Shown: one piece after another, positions 54,351 through 64,000 of the stretch
Layout: every line of letters starts with the position of its first letter
Numbering within the stretch: the stretch's first letter is position 1
NCBI RefSeq assembly: GCF_006345805.1
Contig: NC_043003.1
Coordinates: 54,188,001 to 54,252,000, forward strand
Direction of reading: 5' to 3'
DNA length: 64,000 bases
Source: Octopus sinensis
Lineage: Eukaryota
Translations under genes and position numbers: made by a program
Notes under the pieces: generated by a model
What the model was told of the DNA's origin: nothing
The model's input: the letters and a program-made list of their open reading frames with translations, nothing else
Database searches by the model: none

Positions 54351-55662
54351 ATTTCTTCGTTCTAAACGCGTAATGGACTGTCATATATTTACCATACATT
54401 GAACAACATTGACAGATGTATGAGAATAATATTTACTATAAAGAAAGTAATTACATATATGTATGTCAGCCAGTGATTTTTGACATACTTGTAATAATGA
54501 AGAAATGGCTTGATATGTTAAATACTGGATTATTATCGTGTTTTGATAATTTCAAGCTTTACCGCAGGCTTTCATTTGTATCCTCCTGGCAGTATACTTT
54601 AGTAATTCCTTATTATGTATCGGCTTGTCGGGGATAGAAGCAGATTTGGAGAATTGTTATTGACAATAGAAAATCTCTTTATTCTTGTCATTACATAATT
54701 ATACCTGTCATCTATTTAACGATATTAAACTACTATCCCTATGACTCGGACTACTGTGCGCTAAGGGGCAGATATTTTCTCGGGTAACTGATGCCTGTCA
54801 CATGTTATTAATGTGATATTGTAACGTGATAGTAGCGCAACAAGTAATAACTCACTATTCTAAAATACTTCTGTTTCCGTTCACCAAAGTGTCAATAAAA
54901 ATAATTAAAACAGATTGCAACCCACGAGGTTACCTCTCCATGATCGTTCGACTCACGCTTGAAAAATAACTCAAAACCAGCCAAATTTGCCTCAAATCAT
55001 CCCATTGTATCTGAACGGAGGAAGACTTGGTTGCACTAGCATAGAGAATACTATATCTGGAAAAAAAAATACAGTTTAGAGTTCCATGGTTTTTGCCTCA
55101 AGCCTGCTTATGATATGTGACCACACTACAAATGCCACCTTAAAAATTGCTAGAAAGTTAGATATATATATCTGGAAAACAATGCCTGTAAGTCGCACCA
55201 AAATCTCATAGTTCTCTTAGATCAAAGCTGATATATAGCTACACAAGAGCAACAAATTTATAGATATGTTCTCAACACACGCCGAAATTCCCAGGTTATT
55301 GAACGCCACCACTGAATTCTTGTTTTAATATATACATACAGTTCAATAGTTGAAAGTTATATAATGTACTTCTAGCAATGCAGAATGTTAAATAACAAGC
55401 ACAAGATGGCAACGAGCGCAAAGATACACCTTTTGAACTTTAAAGAACCAAATCCAATATCTAAACCCTTGTATCGCTATCATTTTCTACTTCATAACAA
55501 AGTCAATTGACAAATATGACAATAAAGTCTATTGGTTATTGATTTCCTATTTTCTTCTCAAATTGATCTTCGTCACACGAAATACACATACACACATACA
55601 TACACATACAAAATTAATATAAACAGCAGTTTGCAATGTTTCACCACAAAGGAGAATATAAA

Positions 55663-55852
55663 TGTCACTAAACGTGGCTAGGGTTAAAGGAAACACCTAC
55701 ATTGCTAGAAATAAGAGCTAAACCGCTCTAATACTGTAGTTAACGCACATAAATGAAAGCATTCATTCATGCGCGGTAACTACAGCATTAGGGCGTTTTA
55801 GCTCTTATTTCTAGCAATGTAGGTGTTTCCTAACATCCTAGTCGCATTTAGT

Positions 55853-55856
<4 letters not shown>
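55663..55856. repeat. 194-bp foldback (about 95-bp arms, 4-nt spacer), MITE-like
   Basis: tgtcactaaa...aatgaa-agca-ttcatt...tttagtgaca. The central ~35 bp (aggaaacacctacattgctagaaataagagctaaa) is perfectly complementary. Confidence 0.9.
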
Positions 55857-55897
<41 letters not shown>

Positions 55898-56386
55898 ACA
55901 AACACATACATATATATATATGCACACACAGGGTGCGTAAGATATTTGAAGACAGATTTATGTTTATAAAAAAACAGATGTATAATGAATTTATTTATCG
56001 AAAATTACTATAAGGATAAAAATTAATCTTCTTTTCTAGAATATTATTCAATAAAGTTACCTTCAGCAACAACAATTGCTTCTATATGAGATCTAAATCC
56101 TCTAAATGCTCGAATCAAGTGGTCCTGGTTTATTTTGGACACTACTCCAACTATGGCAGCTTTCATATAATCTTTGGTGTTATGGGTGTGTTCATTGACC
56201 TCTCTCTCAACAACGCTCCAAATGTAAACAGTCCAATGGATTGAAATCTGGGGAATTAGGAGACCAAATGTTAGTGAGTTATGTGATCATGAAAATTTTC
56301 AGCCATCCATTCCTGTTACTTGAGCCATGTGGGATAGTGCAGAGTTTGTCTATCCAGGACTTAATTATTTCCAGGACCTTAGTGGA

Positions 56387-57705
56387 CTATAGGCAAAACT
56401 TTTGGCTAAAATTATAGGCAGGACTATAATAAAGAGGCTAAAAATATAGGCAAAATTATAGCGAAAACTATAGGCAGAACTATAGTCTAAATCTGGGTGA
56501 AAAACTATAGGCAAAGTATAGGCGACAAAACTATAGGCAGATGACAAAAACTATTGGCTAAAACTATAGAAAATCTGAAATTACTATTGGCTAAAATCTA
56601 AAGGGTAGAAAAGTTCACTTAAATACATAACTATAGGCAGAAACTACAGGCGGTAAACTATAACCGCAAAGAATATTCGCAAAATTCATGTATAGTTCTT
56701 ACCTATGGTTGGCTAAAGTTATTCAAATAGTTTTGCCTATATTTTATCTTCATGCTTAGCCTATAGTTTTGCCTATAGTTTTTAGCGTATAGTTTTTGCG
56801 ATTTTTAGCCAATTTTTTTATCAACTATATTGTTTTATGATATAATATTTATTTTTATCAACTATTTTTGCGTATCTTGTCTATGAATTTTCGGCTATAT
56901 TTTTATAGCCTTATATTTTCTTTCCTTATATTTTAGTTTTATATTTTTTATCAACCATGTCTGCTACTTGGTTGCCTATTTTTTCATGAACTAAAAATTT
57001 TTATGAAATGGCAAAATATATAGACAAAACTATAGGCAAAATGTAGTTGAGAAGTAGGCAAACAACAGTTGAGAAAAGATGTAGGCAAAATATAGTTGAG
57101 AAAAAATATAGGCAAAAAATAGTTAATAAAACAATGTAGGCCAAAAATGTCTTTAAAAATATAGGAAAAATAGGCAATGAAAACTCTAGGCAAAAAATTG
57201 TTGATACAAAATAAAGGCCTATGCTTCATCACTTCACCCGAAAACTTCAGAGCCTTTCTAACTTGGTGTACTCAGTCAGCCTCTCTTGCAGATGTTTCAC
57301 TTAGCTGGTGGTTTCTCTGGGCAGCTTCTCCTCCGGTGGTCTTCCCATCAACAGACCAACCGGGAGCCTTACTTCATGGCCTATAGGCAGAAAGACTAAA
57401 AAACATTTATCCTCACAACTATAGGCACAAGTACTAAGAAAACACTTTTCCTCACAACTATAGAAACAAGGAGTAAAAATCACTTATCCTCAAAACTATA
57501 GGCACAAGGACTAAAACAAACACTTATGCGCCTAACTATAGGCACAAGGATTAAAAACACTTATCCTCATAACTAGAGGTACAAGGACTGAAAAATCATT
57601 TTCCTCAAAACTATAGGCACAAGAACTAAAAACACTTACCCTCACAACTGTAAACAACAGGACTAAAAAACACTTATACTCACAACAATAGGCACAACTA
57701 TAGGC
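56387..57705. repeat. CTATAGGC-motif array with orientation switches, ending in ~8.5 units of a 37-40 bp minisatellite (57381-57705)
   Basis: Forward motifs at 56387-56690, reversed (gcctatag) at 56730-56990, forward again at 57020-57195. The late units read ctataggcacaaggactaaaaaacacttatcctcacaa. Confidence 0.9.
57222..57380 (-). mobile_element. Gypsy integrase C-terminal fragment embedded in the array
   Basis: GHEVRLPVGLLMGRPPEEKLPRETTS*VKHLQERLTE resembles the G(R/H)ELRLP.DL..G.P...YV..LQERL motif. Confidence 0.65.
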
Positions 57706-60700
57706 GGCATCACATGTCCTTCATTGCTGACAACCCCTAAAACTATGACAGTTGCAGAAAATTTTATATCAATAACACTTGCAGCTTCAGATGGGTTTGC
57801 ACACAACTATCTGTCATTTCTTGTTAACTTTTTGATCCAGGTCGAAGATTTTCTTGTTTGAGAAAAACCGAATCAAATCTTCTGCTGGATCTTTTCTTAT
57901 CATAAATACTTATATTTGATGTCTTCGTGCACAACATTTGTGACGGTTCCTTCTGACACATGGAGATCTTTTGCAATTGGCCTCATGGACTTTGTGAGAT
58001 TGTAATCAATGGTCTGTTGAACGTGCTGCATACATTCAGGTGTTCTGAAGATTTCAGAGTGTTTAGAATACTTTTTATGCTTTGATACTGCTTATACTTT
58101 TCCATTTTCAGTCTCTAGCTCCTTACAAACTTTGTAGATGAAAGCTCTGGCGACTTTTAAAAAAATAGAGATATTTCTAAATCACTATGCTCAGCCTTTA
58201 TAACCACAATAACAGCATGCCTCTCCATTTCTTGAGTAAGTTGAGTGTCTGTCATTATTATTTTCTTAAACAAAGATTATACAGAGTTAGCAAAAAATGA
58301 AGTAATGACCCAGAAAAGGAATACCTTACAACACACCCTGTATATATATATATATATACACACACATATGTATACGCTTATACATATAAAACATACTCAC
58401 ACATATACAGGCTATATATCTGTTGCCTCTTTAACCTAGGAATATTGCGTGTGCGCATGTGTGTGTTTGTATGGATAAACAGAGAAATAACTGGATATAA
58501 TTCTATTTTCACGCAAGTGTTTATCTAAGAAATGAACTTAAAATACGCTTGGAGACTATAACAAAATATATTTACATTTATGTAACCAGTTTCCTGATTT
58601 CCTGATTTTCAATAGTAGTGTGAGCTAGAAGGACCTTGAGCTATGTTGTATTTATGTCGAGTCTGACTAAAGCACAAAAATTCGCACCTTCGTGTGGAAA
58701 GATTATGGCTCAAATTGCCATCAGCTTCTTGGTTGAAGCTGGTTACTAAATCATAGCTTCATGTAATTTTATAAATGATAACTGTTCCAAAAGTTATGCC
58801 TGTTTTAGTCCAGTGAGTGTGTCCATGTGACAGCATGTGTAACAGCCATGCATTATATTTCCGTATCAGGTCATATGCCTGTGTGGACAATAATTTTCAA
58901 AAGTTAAGGCTGTGTTGATTGAGTTAATGTATCATGTGATATTGTGATCAAGTTGTTAGTGTAGCTAATAATAGAGAGTTACTTATTACGATACGAGTGA
59001 CATTATATTGTGTATATGGTTTGTGTTTGAGAATGGGAACTATAACAGTGTCATGTGTCTTTTTGATGGACTGATATAGCTTATTCAGGTTTTTGTGAAT
59101 ATTTTTTACTAAACATATTTTGTAAACTTGTCTGTAAGTGTTCTGTGGCTTTGTTAGAATAAAGGTAAAGTAGGAAAACTAGGAATTTGGGGGATTTATT
59201 CCATACACGAGTCTAAATTAGGGAAATCTGTCGTGATTAGCATTTCACATTTCTTGCCTATGAAGGGCCTGTTTTCAAAGTTAATCTAATTTATGCTAAT
59301 GAATGTAATTGTAATAAAGATACATAGCACAGACCAAACTTACTTTCTGAGGAAGATTGATTGGGGAGTGCAGTTAGCTCGAAAAAAAGAAGTTGGTTAA
59401 CAAAGAGTGACGAGAGTTAAAGAGACGATTGAACTGGGGGTGCTTGAGTGGTGAAAGTAAGAGACCAGCCAGTTCCTAGGAACAGAAGTCAGTCTCGTAG
59501 CCGGATCACAGCAGCAAGATATGAGACGGGCAACTCTGATTAGCAAAAATAATTATTGGAGTGAGATAAGAGACTAACCATTTCCGACGTTATTCTCTTT
59601 GTGCTGGCTGCGCCTTTGTATGATATATTTTCATAAAAAAGAATCGGTATTTGTAGCATTCATTTGGTAAAACAAGGAAAAGAGCGAGATATAGATATAT
59701 ATATAGAGAGAAAGAGAATGATGGAGAGAGAGAGAGAGAGTGGGAGAGAATTAGGGAGAGAGAGAGACAAATGTACAAAATTTTGTCATTTGGTTGAAAA
59801 AGTATAGGCGCTCACAATTATTCTATATGAGCATTTATTTTAACCAAATTTGAAGCCTATATTGGAATAAAATGCTGTTACTATATCCAGCTTGTTGTCA
59901 GCAATACATATATATAGTTCGATCGTAAATCTTTAGATCGTCTACAAAAAATATGGTTTACATTAATATCTCAGGTTGCTGAACAATCTGCAACATAATC
60001 AGTGACTCTTGATATAAAATGCATGACAGTGGATTTAGTGACAAATGAATCTGAAACGAAAGCGGACATTCCTCTAGTAATATTACTCTTAAATTATGGA
60101 TAACATTATTTCATTTTCGTTTGCAATTTAACTAACTGCAGTGACTTCAGTAGCCAAGAATTGGCCTTAGAATCAAACGATTTTCTGCGTTTAAGCCTTA
60201 CTATCACAAAGTTTTATGGAATCTTCCTCCTACAGACTGCACAGCTTTAATTCTTCGGTGAAATTTCTACACTCCCCTCGTCCTACCTAACTCATCATCC
60301 GTTGCATTGCACTATATTATTAGACTCAAAATGTTTTTAAAGGAATTATTTGAAGCTAATTGCATACACTTTATACACACTATTTTGGTAAATTATGGAA
60401 TATAGTTTTCTCCAGGTTAGTGAATTCAAACTTAGATACAACAGTTCTCTGTGTTATGGCTAACCAATTGAAAATCTCAATCTGTCCTTCCATAGTTCTT
60501 TGATAGCCTTAAAGATAGTTCTTTTTACTGATAAAACGTCTCCTTCTCTTCGACTTTCTGTAGATACTCTATAGATTAGACGTAAGCTTGTATTTGATGG
60601 GGGATTATTCTGATATTTTGTCCATATCGGTATTTTGGTATTTAATTCAAGCGTTAAACTTAATAATTTACTCCCAAGATTTAGAATAGATTCTTTTGCA

Positions 60701-61888
60701 ATTTTCTTAATTTTCTCATGATATGATTAGTGTACAACAAACTTATTGTCCACCTTGTACGATATAATTGTATTTAAATGTCAATTTCGGTTGTGAGAAA
60801 TCTTTAATGTTTTCCTCTAGTGTGGTTACCTATTTGGGTTACTTATGTTGAATTGTTACATTAACACGTCTTCTAAAATTGTCTCTCAGGTGTTCTTCCA
60901 GAGTGCCAGCAGCCGTATAGATGCAGGTATTGATATTCCAATTCCTGTTATCACATTTTTTAAGTAACCGCCAGCGATTTCATCAAAAACTTTTATAATG
61001 AGTGTGGTTTGTGTTTTTGCTTTCTTCTTCTTTCATTTTCTTTTCTCGTCAAAGAAGGCCTGTTATTTAACGAATGCTTGAAGAAATTGTAAAAGTTACT
61101 TTCGAACTGTGGTTATATTTCGAAGTTGTATGAATTTCAAAGTCATCTCTGTTCGAACGATATGTGGTGAGTTGTGTGACGGTGGTGATGACTGCGTCTG
61201 TTTGTTAACTTTTTTATCGGTCTCTATGACAGTTTGAATGTATTCAACAAGTCCACTAGTATTGCAAGAATGAGAATAATGATTGCTATCTGTGACAATT
61301 GTTACTTCGGGCACAGAAAGGCGCCAGTCATTATAACTGTTTAGTTGTGAAGAGTGGTTTTAGCTTCGATGACTATTATCCCAGGATCTTTTTCTGGCGT
61401 TTCCGTAACATTAGAATACATATTAGTTTAATTTCAAGTTTCATGTAAAGCGAAAAGAATACTTATGTGGCCTTAACTCACAGATGTAGTTGAACTATTG
61501 GTGTTGATGTTACCAGTGTTTCTTTCATCAATGTGAACGATGATTGTATAACCTAAATACGAAATGATGAATTCTTTCTTTTTTCTTTGTTGTAAATTCA
61601 ACCTGATTGACGATAAGGTAGTGAATAAGAAGTATTTCTCATATTTATAATTGTAAAGAAACATTTACCGTTCTAGGTTTCGTTAGATTGGCATCGTTTT
61701 AGATGAAAATGTTTACAAACATTTTAGATAACATCTACGGTATTAATTCGTTGATGACGGCCCTAGCATGTTGGTAGGCAGGGAATGGAACACTTTATTT
61801 GCTGTTAAAATCACATTGTCTTGCTAACCGCTATACGAAAGTGACATCATAAATCTGACTACTCAAATTAGACAAATTACGCATGCAA

Positions 61889-61992
61889 TACATACATACA
61901 TACATACATACATACATACATACATACATACATACATACATACATACATACATACATACATACATACATACATACATACATGCATACATACA
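61889..61992. repeat. (TACA)n microsatellite
   Basis: Direct reading. Confidence 0.95.
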
Positions 61993-62299
61993 TATCATAT
62001 GTCATATGTGCCAGCTTTATAGTGAGAGAATGTGTGGATGACGAATGTATGTCATGGAAGACAGCATCTCCTTGTCCAACGAATGTAACCAACGAAGAAC
62101 GAGGAGGAAAACAACCTGTCTCTGAGTTAGCGATATCAGTGAAAACATCCAGAAGGCATCGAAGGTAGAATCCAGGTTAACGTATGGCGGGAAGTGTGAT
62201 CCCTACTTCATGCATAGGATATGAAAGGATCTGTAAATTTAAAATCGCGGTTGAGGTGAGTAAAATTTCGCAGAACTGGAATGCCACATACCTGTCCAA

Positions 62300-62700
62300 A
62301 GGTGGGTATTGTAGTACGTAATGAAAATAATTATAAGAGACATGGTCCCATATATTGATACTAAAGTTGGTTTCATATTTATATTAAATAGGAAGTGATA
62401 AAACAGTAGTGACACGTAGTTGTATGTCGTTGTATATGGGCTGCATGGACATCTAGATCCCGAGGAATCTGAAGACAACAAAGATTTAAATCCGTTAGTG
62501 ATCAGCGAGTAAAATTGTCGCTCAGGACATCTGGTGGACGTGTGTCAGTAAAAGACTCCTTGAGACTTCCTGCCCCCGCCCCGCAAAAAATCTGGAAAAT
62601 CTGGAGAATAAAAAGAAAACGGCAACAAGACCAGCAGTCCTTGGAGACATAGATGCTACTGTACACAGCTTTGCAAACGTTGAATTCCATTAACTCTTGA
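62300..62700 (+). mobile_element. Possible decayed RTE-like LINE 3' end
   Basis: RTSGGRVSVKDSLR and LENLENKKKTATRPAV.GDIDA weakly resemble the post-RT tail of RTE LINEs. Confidence 0.3.
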
Positions 62701-63202
62701 ATGTGTGATGTTAATACACTATCATTAAATATGACGTTATTACTTTCAAAATTAAAACATTAATTTCCTTCACCGATTTTTAAAACAGACACTTTTAAAT
62801 ATCGACATATTGAAAAAAAATCCTCAAAAATGACACAATATATTAGCAATATTATTTAAATTTCACAATAAAATTGACAGTTCTGGGATATCATTTTATC
62901 TCAGAATCTCGTTGAACTATTCATTGTTAAGTTAATTCAAACAACTCCAGAATATAATATTCAATAATTCTATAAATCCAATGACGTCAGAGGATTGAGA
63001 AAAAAAGTGACATTTAAAGAAGCGTCATCTTTTTCATTTGGTTTTTATTCATTGATTGATTTATTTTTTTGGCTCACTTTTTTCTCTTTTTTTTTTTCGT
63101 TTTCTTTCTATTGTATTCGGTCTCTATTCGACCTACAACTGATGCAGAGCGGCAGAAATGGAAAGAATGAACAGCAGACACTGACGAAAACAGCACCAGC
63201 AG

Positions 63203-63400
63203 TGGAGGCGCAAAAGACCAGTGGTTAGGGCAGCGGACTCGCGGTCGTAAGAACGCGGTTTCTATTTCTAGACCGGGCATTGTGAGTGTTTATTGAGCAA
63301 AAACACCTAGACTCCACGAGGCCCCGGTGGTGAAGGGGTTGTGAGCACAACTGTACTCTTTCACCACAACTTTCTCTCATTCTTCATACTTCTGCTACAA
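63203..63400 (+). mobile_element. tRNA-derived SINE family C, 5' portion
   Basis: A-box-like cagtggttagggcagcggactcgcggtcg, B-box-like ggtttctatttc, and body ctgtactctttcaccacaactttctctca. Confidence 0.75.
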
Positions 63401-63664
63401 AGCAGAGGAACCATGGTATAACCCACTATGGTGTGGTAAACTTTTAGACCCTAGTCTAGATTGCGAATCCTCTGTACCCCAGGATGGTTCAGCTCTCCAC
63501 CCGCTAAAAGCCACCGTTTACGGAATGAGAATAACAACGTAGCTTTCGCGCCCGTGCAACCGCCAGTCTATCGCGTGGGGTGGGTGGATCTTCAAGATGC
63601 CACACACATTCTTAGTAGCTTAGAGTAGGCTCGAATTAGAGATTATTCTTTGTAGCTAATGGCG

Positions 63665-63766
63665 TGAAGAAGAAGAAGAAGAAGAAGAAGAAGAAGAAGA
63701 AGAAGAAGAAGAAGAAGAAGAAGAAGAAGAAGAAGAAGAAGAAGAAGAAGAAGAAGAAGAAGAAGA
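63665..63766. repeat. Pure (GAA)n tract of about 33 units
   Basis: Direct reading. Confidence 0.97.
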
Positions 63767-64000
63767 ACATCAGCAGCAGCAGCAGGAGAGAGAAACAGAA
63801 TCAGAGGTAGGATGACACAAATATAATATACACTAACATTGACACCGATCCACTGACATCATCGTCATCATTACCTCCAAATATTGATTGATCTGATTCT
63901 ACTAAGGCTTTTGATTGTTCTATGTTTCCCCCATGCCAATTTTCCTTATCCACTTGCCATGATGTATTGCGTTAGCTGGAGTTTATCGTGGATAGATCTT

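Larger units (their letters stand above)
55929..58340 (-). mobile_element. Tc1/mariner-superfamily element split by a 1.3-kb insertion
   Basis: Both ends are CAGGGTG-type. The N-half (57702-58240) reads MERHAVIVVIKAEHSDLEIS...RTPE...SMRPIAKDLHVSEGTV...FFSNKKIF.LDQKVN...ATVIVLGVVS.GHVMPP. The C-half (56030-56380) reads VLEIIKSWID..SALSHMAQV..WMAENFHDHIT..IWSPNS.DFNPLD...HNTKD, with frameshifts. Confidence 0.9.

Noticed and set aside
57381-57705. 37-40 bp repeats of CRISPR-like length
   Set aside because: Units are contiguous with no unique spacers, there are no cas genes, and the context is eukaryotic. It is a minisatellite.
60050-61320. Possible very old LINE (LKFIQL-like start and a decayed DD-like motif) on the minus strand
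   Set aside because: Too degenerate to support by eye.

Overview
Eukaryotic, AT-rich, microsatellite-dense DNA. The SINE families and repeat landscape match those I recognise from octopus (inference from recognition, no search run). The window is essentially intronic or intergenic. Nearly all ORFs in the track are microsatellite artefacts or fragments of decayed transposons. Recognisable elements: a degenerate HERO-type (R2-superfamily) non-LTR retrotransposon (~4.0-6.2 kb, minus); three Penelope-like elements (25.8-26.2, 27.3-28.7, 39.4-41.0 kb); L1/Tx1 and RTE-like LINE fragments; four Tc1/mariner relics; Gypsy remnants; and about 20 tRNA-derived SINE copies from three families. Only one plausible host exon was found (49016-49077). 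The most notable signals are: (1) minimal type I hammerhead ribozyme folds in at least three unrelated repeat families, including a divergent pair in an inverted repeat at 15.0-15.7 kb and one at 37.97 kb preceded by its own 30-nt antisense copy; (2) a 1.87-kb insertion at 33.5-35.4 kb shaped like an inverted dimer integrated by one crossover at GCAT; (3) a 1.3-kb CTATAGGC-motif array that splits a mariner transposase and holds a captured Gypsy integrase fragment. All family assignments rest on manual translation and motif recognition.
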